A DNA stretch of 64,000 bases from Octopus vulgaris (GCA_951406725.2 OX597814.1:169198001-169262000), one strand, 5' to 3'; positions 13,935 to 28,626 are shown, numbered from the stretch's first letter. Notes: a model not told the origin generated them from the letters alone. Made by a program: numbers and translations.

Positions 13935-14543
13935 TTTTTCCAGTTCCTGATACACATTCAGTTGTGACTGCTTTTGATCTTCTGTGAGCAAATGAGGCAC
14001 AGATTTTGCTGCAATTCTTTTCATTTGCAATTCCTCACTCAAAATTCGTTGGCAGGAGTTCCAGGACACACCAGTCATATCAACAAGTTCGTCAATTGTT
14101 TGGTGACGGTCCTCCAAGATCAGTTCATGAATTTTTATGATGTTTTGATTCGTTTGGGAGGTCAACGGTCATCCTGAATGAGGTTGGTCTTCAAGCAACA
14201 AGTGACCATTCTTAAAGCATGAAACCACTTGTAAACTTGCGTTTTGCTCATGACAGCATTCTTGTAAGCAGTTTGAAGCATGACAACTGTTTTGGCCACC
14301 GTTTTCCCCAGCAGAAAACAGAATTTCACAGAAGCACATTGTTCCTTCATTTCAGCCATTGCAAAAATTGACAAATAGGGGAGAAGCACCGTAAAACCCA
14401 AACCCACCACATGGAAGTATGACTTCACTGGTTGGCATACTGATGCCTGAGGATCGCTTCAAGTAGCTTCTAGTGGCAGAAGCCTGAACTACAATGGGCT
14501 TGTCCCACAGAGAACAATCTGGTTACTTTTGGGTACCACCTTG
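13935..14543 (-). pseudogene. mariner transposase N-terminal relic with left TIR
   Basis: EQCASVKFCFLLGKT..KTQVYKWF..ILSEELQMKRIAAKSVPHLLTEDQK, frameshifted; TIR TA|CAAGGTGGTACCCAAAAGTAACC. Confidence 0.88.
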
Positions 14544-15283
14544 TAGAAACTGAAAGAAGCTCATGTATGTGCGTGTATATTTGTGTCTCTTTGTCTTAAC
14601 ATCATGCACTAGTTGTAAACGAACCTCACCATCATACAAGTGGTGGTGTTCATTTCCAGTCTTCTATGTAAGCATGTCTGGTCAAGTGGAGATATTATGT
14701 AGTGAAATTGATAAAAAGAATACAGTGAATTTGCTGTGAGGAGTGGAAAATCCAACATTTCAGACACAGTCTTTCTTCAAGGGAAAAGTTGAAAAGAGAG
14801 AAATTGATGAGATACAGCAGAGTGTTACATCCTCTAAGTTAAAAAAAAAAAAAAACTGGCTGCAGCTGATAAGGAACACAGGACATTTGAGTATCATATG
14901 TGAACAAGAAGTGGTAGGAGAAAATATGCAGGAAGGAAGAAGAAAAGAGTAATGAAGTGAGAAGAAGCAGGCAAAGTCAAGAATGAGTTGGAGAAATATT
15001 ACCTTGCTTTGAAACAGGTCATGGTTGATATCAGGAAGGCCATCTGGCCATTGAAAATCTGCCTCAAACAAACTCTGCCTGATTCATACATGCTTGGAAA
15101 AAGAGTATGTTAAAATGATGATGATGATGATGATGATGATGAATTATGTTGATGATTACTCTTTAAGAAAGGTGAAACACTTCTGAGATTATCTTCTTTA
15201 CCTGCCAAAGAAAATATCTTATCAATTAATAATTTCCTACTGATTTGCTTTTGAATAGATTTTTTATTTTAATTGCTTTAGTA

Positions 15284-15505
15284 CCCTTTCGTTACCAACC
15301 CGGCTGAAACCGGCTCTGGCTCTGTAGTACAAATGTCTTGTTTTCATAAGTTTTGAATTAAAATCTTCCATCAAACCTAAGTCACAATTTATATTCCTAA
15401 CACTAACTGAAAGATAGCTAAGCTATTTTACTAAATTCTTTGTTATATTTAAAATTAATTGAAAGAAACACAGAGCATCTCAAAATAAATACAGTAATGA
15501 AAGGG
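15284..15505. mobile_element. piggyBac-like MITE
   Basis: CCCTTTCGTTAC ... GTAATGAAAGGG|TTAA; same family as the nested copies at 47375-47818. Confidence 0.8.
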
Positions 15506-17699
15506 TTAAATAACATTTCACCTGTAATATATAGATCTTAATGTATGTGGTTTTTAGTTCCTTGATCCTGCATATGAATCCTGGTTGAAAAGATCTAAGG
15601 TAAAAGATATTCATGCCATGAACCTTTTTTCTTGTTTCAGTCATTTGACTGCTGCCATGCTGGAGTACCTCCTTGAAAAATTTTAGTTGAGCAAATCGAC
15701 CTGAGGACTTATTTTTTTCTAAAGCCTAGTACTTATTCTATCGGTTTCTTTTTCTGAACTGCCATGTTACGGGGATACAAACACACCAACACCGGTTGTT
15801 AAGCAGTGGTGAGCGACAAACACAGACACACATACACACACACATAAGATATAAATATATATATATATATATATATTATAGATGATGGCCTTCTTTCAGT
15901 ATCCATCCGCCAAATCCATTCATAAGGCTTCGGTCAGCCCAAGGATATAGCAGAAGACATTTGCCCAAGGTGCCACACAGTGGGACTGAACCTAGAAACA
16001 TGTAGTTGAGAAGCATGTGTACCTAATTAATTTTTGTTTTCTAGGAATAATTTATCCTGGACTACATTATCCAAATATTTTCCTTTAAAAATCCAAAAAT
16101 GTGATTTGAGGAAGATTTTGCTGTTATTTCTTGCTAGACTAGGAGTGACTATGTAAAGGCTCTCACAGTGGTTGGTTTGAACTGTCTAATTATCTTGCAG
16201 TTGGTGTCATGGTTAATTATATTGCAATAAATACATCGACTGCAATTTCATCGCCTGGTAATTTCATTGCAATGTAATTAATTACATTGTAAGCCAACAC
16301 ACCACCATCATCATCCTCATTATCATCATCACCATTATCATTATCATCTTTCTCATGATGATGATGATGATCATCATCATCATCAGCAGCAGCAGCAGCA
16401 ATGGTACCTTTTACCACAATAACTTGAGTTAGCTGAGACTACCTGAAGAAGTATTCGGCAGCCTGATACCTGTCCTGCTATTAATTCTTACTTGATTCTA
16501 AATAAGATGCATGTTACCTATTCCTTTACTACCCACAAGGGGCTAAACACAGAGGCGACAAACAAGGACAGACAAACGGATTAAGTCGATTATATCGACC
16601 CCAGTGCGTAACTGGTACTTAATTTATTGACCCCAAAAGGATGAAAGGCAAAGTTGACCTCAGCAGAATTTGAACTCAGAATGTAACGGCAGACAAAATA
16701 CGGCTACACATTTCGCCCGGTGTGCTAACGTTTCTGCCAGCTCACTGCCCTATATAAGATACATGTTACCTCGATCTTTCAATCTCCTGAGTGGCTGGGC
16801 ATGTTTTTACATGTAAACAGTGACACTCCAGCATAAGCAGCAATCTTGTTTCATGCTAAGTGTGTAATCAATGCCAAGACACACACACACACACATGCAC
16901 ATGCACACACACACACATACACACACGTATATATTATCAGTTAGTTGCACATATATCAGACAAAATGCACAGTATGATTTGGCATTAGGAAGGGCATCCA
17001 GCTGTAGAAACTCTGCCAGATCAAGATTGAAGCCTGGTGCAGCCATCTGGTTTGCCAGTCCTCAGTCAAATCGTCCAACCCATGCTAGCATGGAAAGTGG
17101 ACTTTAAATGATGATGAGGATGATAATGATGATGATGATGATTAATAGAGCAGTTATATATTTTTTTTATATTGTCAAACAGTGTACTACTAGTTGTGTC
17201 ATATAAAGAGTAAAGACCCCCTTCAGTCATAAGCCATAGGATTACACCTAGAAAGTTCCCCTCCAATGCACAAGTCTGGGCAAGGTTGTTTAAAGAAGAC
17301 CAGCAGTCACCCATGCATACAAGCCTCCCCTCTCCACACCACTGACATTGTCCAAGGGAAAAGCAAAGGCCAATTCAGCTTGACCACCAGTGACATTGCA
17401 ACTCATTTCTTCAGCTGAGTGAACTGGAGCAACCTGAAATAAAGTGTCTTAACTGACCTGGTTATTACTGTTAGTTTTGTGCTGACTGTTGCACTTGGCA
17501 GTATTGATAACTCTTCAGACTTGCTGGCTGGGAGTGCATTGCATCTTTTATACTGGAGGCATATATAGACCCTAACAAGGGTCTATGTATATATAATAAT
17601 AACAATAATAATAATAATAATAATAATAATATGAGGGAATATTATTCCAAACTTACAGGGAAAAATTCAATTTAGAAATACTAAGTCAAATTTCACAAA

Positions 17700-17749
<50 letters not shown>

Positions 17750-17753
<4 letters not shown>

Positions 17754-17940
17754 TGGATAGATTCCTTCAAAGAATACCAGATAAGCCACCCATAATTGGA
17801 TACAACTCACCCAACAAGAACTCACTACTTGAACAAAACTTGACTTAAACAGGATTCGAATAATCCTATCAGGTGGTGCTATTAAGTTAGACATGGCCTG
17901 GACCAATCTTTGGTCGAAACATATCTAAGTTTTATCTAAG
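17750..17940 (+). mobile_element. LINE 3' end fragment
   Basis: LDRFLQRIPDKPP..NKNSLL* followed by a short stem-loop and a repetitive tail. Confidence 0.5.
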
Positions 17941-17957
17941 TTTTATATAAATATATA

Positions 17958-18147
17958 TAGGGAGAGTTTATGAAAAAAACAAAAGACAAAGACAGTTGGT
18001 GTACAAAACAAACATATGTATTAGTATAACGCTCAGGAATAGAAAAAGTCTTTTACGTTTCGAGCCTACGCTCTTCTACAGAAAGGGACACAGAATAAAC
18101 AAAGAGAGAAAAAAAATGTGTGTAGTGGCTAACGATCTATCATGGCA
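17958..18147 (-). mobile_element. Short TA-inserted element with variant hammerhead-like motif (3 copies)
   Basis: Homologous copies at 26407-26690 and 30380-30580; the motif lies at 18049-18086, 26505-26542 and 30478-30515. Confidence 0.7.
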
Positions 18148-18181
<34 letters not shown>

Positions 18182-18952
18182 ATCATCATCATCATCATCG
18201 TTTAACGTCCGCTTTCCATGCTAGCATGGGTTGGACGGTTCAACTGGGGTCTGGCAAGCCCAAAGGCTACACCAGGCCAGTCAGATCTGGCAGTGTTTCT
18301 ACAGCTGGTGCCCTTCCTAACGCCAACCACTCCGAGAGTGTAGTGGGTGATTTTATGTGCCACCGACACAGGTGCCAGACGAGGCTGGCAGACGGCCACA
18401 CTCGGATGGTGCTTTTTATGTGCCACCGACACAGGTTCCAGACGAGGCTGGCAGACGGCCACACTCGGATATGGTGTTTTCGGTGTTTTTCTTATGTGCC
18501 ACCGACACAGGTGCCAGACGAGGCTGGCGAGCGGCTACGATCGGATGGTGTTTGTTACGTGCCCACGGCACGGAAGCCAGTCGATGCGGTACTGGCTACG
18601 GTCCCGTTCGGATGGTTTTTCTTATGTGCCACCGGCACTGGTACCACAAGGATACAAATTCCATTGATGTTCATCTATTTGATTTGGTTTGACTTGATTC
18701 GATTTGACTTTGATTTGACTTGCCTCAACAGGTCTTCACAAGTGTGATTCGATTTGACTTTGATTTGACTTGCCTCAACAGGTCATGTAAATTAGAAAAA
18801 AAAACACCTTTTATCAATTCAACAAGGAAAAAATTAAATTATACCATTTAGAAAAAATTACATTTTATAGAAAAATTAAATATAAAATAAAACATATATC
18901 AATGATTAAGTAATGTGCAAAATAATAAATGAAACGTATGTATTTGGTAGAA

Positions 18953-18980
<28 letters not shown>

Positions 18981-18990
<10 letters not shown>

Positions 18991-19273
18991 TATTAGAGAC
19001 AAAACCACTATTTTGCAAAACAAACAAGGAAAGACTTAATCAATACATAAAATTTTAATAAATAGTCAAAAAAACCGCCACTACAATTGTTTCTTGTCTT
19101 GATCGACAATCTTCAGATGGACTTCCAATAAGTCAGTTTCAAATTATGTGACTGAATTTGCAAAATAGTGGTTTTGTCTCTAATAATATTTTATAATATT
19201 TTACTATAAAATTGGATTTAATCCTAAATCTGATTTTTTCCCTGTAAATTTGGATTTATTCCCTAATATTTAT

Positions 19274-19278
<5 letters not shown>
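18981..19278 (-). mobile_element. Non-autonomous PLE-type element (inverted arms + hammerhead + tail) in (TA)n
   Basis: Arms TATAAAATATTATTAGAGACAAAACCACTATTTTGCAAA (18981-19019) and its reverse complement (19157-19195); a related tail lies inverted at about 17625-17700. Confidence 0.75.
19078..19120 (-). ncRNA. Type I minimal hammerhead ribozyme
   Basis: CCAT-CTGAAGA-TTGTC gatcaa GACAA-GAAAC-AATT-GTA^-GTGG: full core, stems I, II and III, palindromic loop III. Confidence 0.88.
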
Positions 19279-19313
<35 letters not shown>

Positions 19314-22263
19314 ATCATAAAAGTTGCTGTGAATTTCAAGCCAGCATGTTTGAAGAGTTATTAATACTGCTAAGGATGCAATAGTCAGCACAAAACTGAT
19401 AGTAACATTCAGACCAGTTATATGCCATAACCAAAAATAGACTCCTTGATGATACATACACAATAGGTTTTTTTCACTATCTCTGTCAACCAGTTTCATT
19501 CACAATGCATTAGTCAGCTCATAGCTGTAGCAGAAGATGTTTGTCAACAATGCCACACAGCAAGAATGAAACTAGAAATCACATGATTTTAAAACAAACT
19601 TCCTAATCAAACTACTGGTAAATTCCTCATCATGCCATATAGTTTGTCCCTAAATTCAGTCACATGTTTTATCTCCAGAGGAGATGCATTGCTAAACATT
19701 ATGAGAGCACATTCAAAATGAGATAATTTGAGAATGGTACAGAGTAAATGATGTAAAATAAAAAGTAAAGTTTCCTTGAGTCATACTGACTTATAATGGC
19801 CAGTTTCCTGGTTACTATGGATAATATATTCTCCATCTGGATGAGACACTAATTCATTGTAGGATTACTCATTTTTACCAGCTGAGTGAAATGAAGTGTT
19901 TTGCTCAAGAACACAATGTGTCATCCGGTCCAGGAATTGAAACCACAATCTTATGATCATAAGTCCAACACCCGAACCACTAAGCCACATGCCTACCCGA
20001 GTAAATAACGTTCCGCTGGGCTGGACATGCCAAAAGGTTCACAGACAACAGGTGGACCCATGCAGTTGTCAAATGATATCCAAAAAATCAGTAAAGGCCA
20101 TTCGGAAGGCCTCTACAACAATGGGAAGACAGTTTAATCAAGCTGGAAAAGAATGGCGCAGTTAAAACAGAATTGGAAGCGCATTGTGACCAGCAGTGTA
20201 TAACAGAAGTTGATGGTGTGGTCGATACTGTGATAGTGTGATATGTGATGGAAACCTGGTAAATCTCTGGCCTTATGAGTCCCAAGGCTCATAATATATC
20301 TAAATCTATTTACAGAATAAATATGTTATAAGACCTGTTAGGGCAAGTGAAATCGAAATTGAACCAAATTCAATGACTGGCACCCGTGCCAGTGGAGCGC
20401 TAACAGCTCCATCCAAGCGGTATCACTGTCAGAGCAGCTGTTTGGCTTCCGTGCCGGTGACACATAAAAAGCACCATTTCTGTGTGATTGTTACCAGCGT
20501 CGCCTTACTGGCACTTGTGCCAATGGCACGTGAACAAAATATTCGAGCGAGTTCATTGCCAGTGCCACTGGACTGACTCCTGTGCAGGTGGCATGTAAAA
20601 AATACCATTTGAGTGTGGCCATTACCAGTACCGCCAGACTGGCCCTCGTGCCAGTGGCACGTAAAAGCACCCACTACACGCTCGGAGTGGTTGGGGTTAG
20701 GAAGGGCATCCAGCTGTAGAAACACTGCCAGATCAGATTGGAGCCTGGTGCAGCCATCTGGTTCGCCAGTCCGCAGTCAAATCGTCCAACCCATGCTAGC
20801 ATGGAAAGTGGACATTAAATGATGATGATGATGGAAAAGAAATTCAAAGAGAAAAATCTCACATTTAGTCAAAATATATATAAGAAAATCACATTAGGGT
20901 TACTTTTAAAAACGGAATCATATATTATTGTCACTGTTTTAATGTCCGTCTTTCCGTACTTGCTTTAGTCTGATGGAATTTGTTGAATCAGCTTTTTTAG
21001 GGCTAGATGTCCTTGTCACCAAACCACACCTGTTTCCAAGCTAGTAAATATTTCCCTATGACCAGATACATTGTCATGAAATAAATGATATTGCTTGTGT
21101 GACAGTGATACTCATTCACAACTATCATGTGATGTCTTTCAATTTCTGTCTACCATATCAACTCACAAGGCTTTTGCTGGCTGAGGGCTATAGCAGAAGA
21201 CACTCGTTCAATGTGTCATGTAGTGAGATTGAACCTGAAACCACATGGTTTGGAAACAAATTCTTCACCACACAGCCATGCTTGAACTTTTCACACACAC
21301 ACACACACATGCGCGCACACACACACGCACACACACACACACACACACACATTTACAGGCAACACCAGTTTAAATTGGAAGAAAGAAGAAGCATTCTAAA
21401 ATGACAAATTGTAATGCATTTCAAATACTCAAGAACTGCAATTTCAGTTGCCTTTTTGCTGCACTATCTTTATATTTCTTTACACACTGTGGAATTTCTG
21501 CAGCAGTGATGTACTTTTTTTTACTTTTTGATCATTTCTTTATTTTCTGAATGTTCTTTTTCAAAGATTTCTGAGAATTTTTAAAACAGTTACCTGAAAT
21601 TTTTTGATTTTGGATTTCCTTTAATGAAATGCCACATATTTAATTTACTCTGCGGATAAAAAGCATGGTGATAAATTTACCGATGATATATTAGCTCAGA
21701 ATGAAATTACAGGTGATCTGTTTACTGCTAGTGTAATTAGCTCCGTTGAATTTACCATAAACTCTTTCATCAATCCAACTGCCTAATTATTATGTTGATT
21801 GCATTCAGTGCACACTTAATTTGTATCAGTTAATGCATGTTGTAGATATGCCTTTGTGATTGAGGAAGTTTGTTTCTGAAGCAGATGGTTTTGGGTTCAG
21901 TCCCACTGCATGACACCTTGGGCAAGTATCTTCTATCATAGACACAGGCTCACCAATACACTGTGATTAAATATGGTAAACAGGAATTCTGTGGAAGTCA
22001 AACATCTCCACCATCATCATTGTTTTAACATCTACTATTCTGTGCTTGCATGGGTCAGATGAAAGTATGTTGGGGTGGCAGAGTTTTCTATAATTGGATG
22101 CCCTATCTATTATCAGCCTGCACATTTTTCCAGACTAGGTTATAATCTCTTAATCTATTGAACAATGACCAGGTCAGACATATTTACATGAACTAGAAAC
22201 AAATGCCACCAAAACAAGTGGTTTTTGCCTACAAAGTTTATACAGTATGTCAAGACTTATCAA

Positions 22264-22264
<1 letters not shown>

Positions 22265-22345
<81 letters not shown>
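22265..22345. repeat. (CA)n microsatellite
   Basis: Direct reading. Confidence 0.95.
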
Positions 22346-22559
22346 TATCTAGCTTTACATAGAACTAAGCCCTAATGATTTGAGGATCTGGGGGGAAAAC
22401 TTTCCCTGAGGAACAGAGAAAATATTAATTCATTGAACAATAATGCTTGTATAATAGGACCTGTGTAGGAAACCTCTCCCTACAAGTGAATAGCTAATGT
22501 TTGCAAAAATTTTCTTTCCAGATATCAAAAGCTGTCCCTCAGCTATTCATATATTCTTA

Positions 22560-24030
22560 TTGTGCAGTCCATAATCCTAGAGCTGTTGCAGTCAATGTGG
22601 ATACGATAGAAGATAAGTTTGGTGAGTTGTTGAAATGCAAGAATGGAGGTTTGAGGATGTGTGCTGCATGCAAGAGGCAAGCTGGAGGTGAGCCTCAGCC
22701 ATATTTCCTATGGGCTAATGACAAAGGAATAGATTCTTCTGTGTATGCAATAATGCTGATATGAGGTGGTGTGGGCATACTGTTGGCAGAGAAGTGGGTA
22801 CATAAAATGATCAAGGCATTTAGAAAATGTGATACAGTAATTCATCTTTGGCTAGTCTTGGACAACACAATAATGACATTTTTCTCTATATATGCTCCTC
22901 AACTGAGATTAGCAGATGTAGAAAAGAACCTATTTTATGAAGTCTTTTTGCAGATTACATTGATGATGAATGATAATCCCTTCTCTTCATGGTTGTTGTC
23001 TTTAATGGACATGTTGAGCAGTACTATGATAGATTTTATGGCATAGAAATGAGGAGTGAACAAAGCTGTTGGATGTATGTGATGTAAATGGCCTGATGAT
23101 CCACATCACTAACTTCAGGAAACTAGCCAACCACTTGATCATTTACCAGATTGACTACATTTTTTTTTAATGTAAAGTCCTCTGGGAAAAATGTATAACT
23201 CAAGTTAGTGACTTCAGAATTAAAGCTAAAAAGATTTTGAAAAATAAAGCAGTCTCTAAAAGGAAAATATGGATACTTAGAGATTCATTGAAGAGTCAAA
23301 AATGTAGAGAAGTACTAGTTGAAGCATAGGATGCAATGGAAGAGATCAAGACACACAAAATAGGATACGATTGGAGGTTCTTTCAGGCCAACATACTGAG
23401 AGCTATAAACTAAATCTGTGGCTAGTGTAATGTTCCAGCAAGACCAATGGGGACATAGTGGTGGAACAGTGAGAGAGTCATAAAAGCAAAGAGACAGGCT
23501 TGAACAAAAACTAGATGACATATTTAATAATGGGAGAAGCAGAAAGTAAGAGTTTTACCATCATGAGGTTCTACAGCATGAGGAACAGGTTTTCCAGATT
23601 GCAAGGCAATGTATCAGATGAAAATTTTTTTCTACTATAGGCACAAGGCCAGAAATTTTGCAGGAGGGGCTGGTCAATTACATTGACACAAGTGTTCAAC
23701 TGGTACTTATTTTATCGACTCTGAAAGGATGAAAGGCAAAGTCAACCTTGGCAGAATTTGAACTCAGAATGTAAAGACTGACAAAATGCCTCTAAGCATT
23801 CTGTTTGGCATGCTGACAACTCTGCCAGTTCACCACCTTTGCATCAGAGAAAATTGAGACATTGTGGGAGAGAAGTGTGTATGGATTGATAATGACACAC
23901 CTGCACTTAGTGGTTCTGAAAAGAGAGAGGCAAAGAAGTGCTCCTATGAAAGGTTATAAAATATGGAAAATGCATGGTAGGAAGAGTGTTTATCCAACAA
24001 TGGCCACCATCCATTCTAATAGACAGCAAT
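22560..24030 (+). mobile_element. Decayed RTE LINE (AP-endonuclease region) with a SINE insertion
   Basis: GGVGILLAEKWV..FSIYAPQ..EKNLFYE, TNFRK..HLIIYQIDYI; many stops and frameshifts. Confidence 0.75.
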
Positions 24031-25122
24031 ATTATTTCTTTATTGCCCACAAGGGGCTACACATAGAGGGGACAAACAAGGACAGACAAACGGATTAAGT
24101 TGATTATATCAACCCCAGTGCATAACTGGTACTTATCTAAATGACCCAGAAAAGAATGAAAGGTAAAGTCAACCTTGGCAAAATATGAACTCGGAATGTA
24201 GTGGCAGACAAAATACTGCTAAGCATTCTGCCCGGCGTGCTAATGTTTCTACCAGCTCATGATAGATAAAACGATTATGGATATGCTTCTTTTATATGTA
24301 CTTATCTGACCATACTAGTATGGAAAAATGAGTATAAAATTAACACACTCAGTAGAAATGTATATCCATGAAGGTAAATCAAGTAACCGATGACATGCTG
24401 TTTGATGTACTTATGATATTCAAAACACCAACAATCAGCTTGATCTACATTAATCTATTCTAATAAGTGCATCTGAATTATTCCCCTTAGTTTATTTTGC
24501 TTAATACTCTCAGACCTGCCCCCCTGTGTCTAATTTTACTCTTTGTCTGGACTCCTGAGCAAAAACATAAATAGTTGCATATACTGCTAAAGAGTGATGA
24601 TTGCAGGTAAACTAATGGACAGAATCAAAAAAAAAAATTTAGACGAATAACAAAAATAGGCCTTTCTCTCAACAACTGTATTTGTTAGGCAAACTAATGG
24701 ACAAAATCATAAAAAAAATTCAGGAAAATAACAGTAATAGGGATTTCTCTCAACTACTGTATTTGTTTACCTGAATCACTACTTTCATCATCCCTTTCAC
24801 CTGTCTGATTGTCTGAATCACTCTCATTGCTAGTGTGAGTGTAAAATCTTTATCTGAAGAATAAATATCATCAATAATTTTCTCAGTTGCAAAGAGTTTC
24901 TTTTACTCTTTAAACTTGTTTCAGTCATTTGACTCCGGCCATGCTGGAGAACCGCCTTTAGTCAAGCAAATCGACCCCAGGACTTATTCTTTGTAAGCCT
25001 AGAACTTATTCTATTGGTCTCTTTTTGCCAAACCACTATGTTATGGGGACATAAACACACCAGCATCGGTTGTCAAGCGATGTTTGGCAGAACAAACACA
25101 GACACACAAACACACACACACA

Positions 25123-25158
<36 letters not shown>

Positions 25159-25619
25159 GCTTCTTTCAGTTTCTGTCTACCAAATCCACTCACAAGGCTT
25201 TGGTCGGCCCGAGGCTATAGTAGAAGACACTTGCCACGCAGTGGGACTGAACCTGGAACCATGTGGTTGGTAAGCAAGATACTTACCACACAGCCACTCC
25301 TGCATCAAGACTACACCTTGCTCGTTTATAAGATGAAGTGCTGGGTTCATAACATGCTGGTTTAATTGCAATTTTTTTTTTCTTTTTTGATTAAAAACAA
25401 CAGTAGCAGCAGCTATGGGATCACAATTAACAATAAATCATAAACAAATTTGGGTGCAAAGCTGCAATATGTGATCGGTTATCTAATTTTGATATTTTAT
25501 CTTCTTTATTTTTTTATGTATATTATTCATTACTGCTTTAGTGGGAATGTGATAGAGATGACATTTAAGCTATTTCTGCTATATCAAGAACATAGTATGA
25601 CAGGGTTAAAATTATTCTT

Positions 25620-26005
25620 GGTCTATGTTTAGGTCTCCCATCAGTTTGCTTGGCTTGAAGAATCCATCTTGCAATATGTTCCTGCAACATTCTAATTACA
25701 TGTTTGTAGTACAAGAGGTATGACTTCTCATTGCAGAGAAATAGCAGCTTGACCTGGAGAACCTCTCTGTCTCCTAGCTATGCTCCCTGTTGAGTAACAT
25801 TACTCCAGAGATCATTCTGAACCCCATTTGAGCTGTTTGTATATGTGAGTATACTTTTTGGTCATTACACAGCATTCACAACCTTGGTGAGGAAAGGCTT
25901 GAAAACTGAACTGAAGATACCAAGTTTGGCCTTTTTTTACCAACCTCCTTTTTTCAGAGAATCAATCACTGGAACTAGTGCACTACTTTGCTGGCATCTG
26001 CAATT
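25620..26005 (-). mobile_element. RTE/Expander-like LINE 3' fragment
   Basis: Minus-strand remnants ASKVV..IQTAQMGFRMISGVMLLNR with frameshifts. Confidence 0.55.
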
Positions 26006-27411
26006 AAAAAATCAAAACTAGTATAGTAGATTTGATCTAAGGTGTGGTTTTAGGGATACCTGGCCGTTATTTCTGATAAATATCCTTCAATTTATATCTT
26101 ACTGCTTCAGAAAAGGAAGAATGCATTGGTAAATCTAATCTCGTCCTATGGATATGCAAAAAAAAAAGAAAAAAAGGGATTGGCGCAAGAGTGGCTGTGT
26201 GGTAAGTAGCTTGCTTACGAACCACATGGTTCCAGGTTCAGTCCCACTGTGTGGCATCTTGGGCAAGTGTCTTCTACTATAGCCTTGGGCTGACCAAAGC
26301 CTTGTGAGTGGATTTGGTAGACGGAAACTGAAAGAAGCCCATCGTAGTCCAACCCATGCTAGCATGGAAAACGGACGCTAAACGATGATGATGATGATGA
26401 TGATATAACGGGAAAGTTTACGAAAATAAACAAAAGACGAAGGCAGGTGGAGTACAAACAAACAAATGTATTAGTATAGCGCTCAGGAATAGAAATAGAA
26501 AAAGTCTTTTACATTTCAAGCCTACGCTCTTCGACAGAAAGATACACAGAAAAATACAAGGAGAGAAACAAGGAGAGAAAAAAAATGCGTGTAGGAGCTA
26601 ACGATCTATCATGGCGTCCTGACTTCGGACAGTGGTCAGACGCGAGAGGGACAGTAGGGGAGATAACAGGGTCAAGTGACTTCCAATATACCCCCCCCCC
26701 CCCGCCCCAAAAAAACATTGCTTGACAATCGATGCTGGTGTGCTTATGTCCCCATAACTTAGTGGTTCAGCAAAAGAGACTGATAGAATAAGTACTAGGC
26801 TTACAAAGAATAAGTCCTGGGGTTGATTTGCTCGACTAAAGGCGGTGCTCCAGCATGGCCACAGTCACATGACTGAAACAAGTAAAAGAGTAAGAGTATA
26901 GTCATTGCTAAAATACCTTCCATTATAAGGTCTGTTTAACCAATACTGACCTGGGGTTAAAAAAACCAATAACAACCTTCTACTTTATGAGTCAATGATA
27001 GCAAAAAATTTGTTGTATTTTAACTAATTATATCTCTTCACAACAAATGTGTGGCCTTGAATTAAAGTTACAAAATCATTATTATTAGAATTTTTCTCTC
27101 TCCTTCTTTTTCTATATGAAGGAGAAACAATGTTGAGAGTGAGGAATACAAATCACTTTAACCAACCAACTAGCTAGCCAACCAACTAACCAGCCAACCA
27201 GTCCAGCCAGCCAACCAGCCAGCCAACCAGTCACACTAGCTTGTTCAGAACTGCAAATTGTTAAACTCACAACACTCCCTGAATCTTGCTGTTTTGAATG
27301 AAAAATCATAAAACTCAGCAGCTCTTAATACTTCCATTATTTGCTAATCAAGCAAAGAAAAATTGTAAAATTGCCATTCATTCTAGCTCACATTCAGAGT
27401 TCAGTATTCAT

Positions 27412-28040
27412 GGCATTATAAAACCTAGAGGGTATGAAAAAAAAAAAAAAAAAGGAAATTTTTAATGGTCTTTTCTGACATGGCTAAATATTGATTGGTA
27501 ACATAGGCATAGGATCATAAATTCTACAAAAGGTAACTCTGAATAAGATTCTTAAATTATTCCTAGTATTTGACTGGTGCTATGTTTTAATGACACTGGA
27601 AGGACAACTAGTACATCCAGCCCCAGTGAGATTTCTGCTGCAATGTAAAAAGGACACATCTTAATAAAATACCCAAAGGTATGGCTGTGCGATTTTGCAA
27701 CTACACGTTTTGAGGTTCAGTTCCGGCATTATAAAACCTAGAGGGTATGAAAAAAAAAAAAAAAAGAAAAAGAAAATTTTTAATGGTCTTTTCTGACATG
27801 GCTAAATATTGATTGGTAACATAGGCATAGGATCATAAATTCTACAAAAGGTAACTCTGAATAAGATTCTTAAATTATTCCTAGTATTTGACTGGTGTTA
27901 TATTTTAATGACACCGGAAGGACAACTAGTACATCCAGCCCCAGTGAGATTTCTGCTGCAATGTAAAAGGGACATATCTTAATAAGATACCCAAAGGTAT
28001 GGCTGTGCGATTTTGCAACCACACGTTTTGAGGTTCAGCT
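27412..28040. repeat. Near-identical tandem duplication (about 313 bp x2)
   Basis: GGCATTATAAAACCTAGAGGGTATG.. starts at 27412 and again at 27725, with only a few substitutions. Confidence 0.92.
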
Positions 28041-28626
28041 CCATGGAGCGACACCTTGGGCAAATGTCTTCTCCTATGTTAGCCCAGGCCAGTCAACACT
28101 TTGTGAGTGAGGCTGGTTGACGGAATCTGTCTGGAAGTTCATACTGTCATTGACTTTGTCCTCCTCCTCCTCCTCCTCCTCCTGCTTTTTACTTGCTTTA
28201 GTCTTTAGACAGTGGCCATGCTGAGCATCGCCTCGAAGAGTTCTTCGTAGAATGAATTGACCCCCAGTAAACTCTTTTACTCTTTTAACTTATATGTACA
28301 CACACATACACAAACACAGGGTTCCTCACAGTTTCCACCAACCAAATTCACTTACAAGGCAGTGGTCAACCCAGGACTGCTGTAGAAGACACTCGACCAT
28401 AGTGCCATACGGTGGGACTGAACCCAAAACCATGTGGTTGCAAAGTGAGCTTCTTAACCACCTTTAGTCGAGCACCTAGTACATTCTGTTAAGTAGTTGG
28501 TGTTAGGAGGGACATGAAGCCATATAAGCCATGTGAAAGCAGACATTGGAGCTTGGTACAGTCTCCCTGCTCACTAGTTCTTGTTGAGCCATCCAACCCA
28601 TGCCAGCATGAAAAACAGATGCTTAC

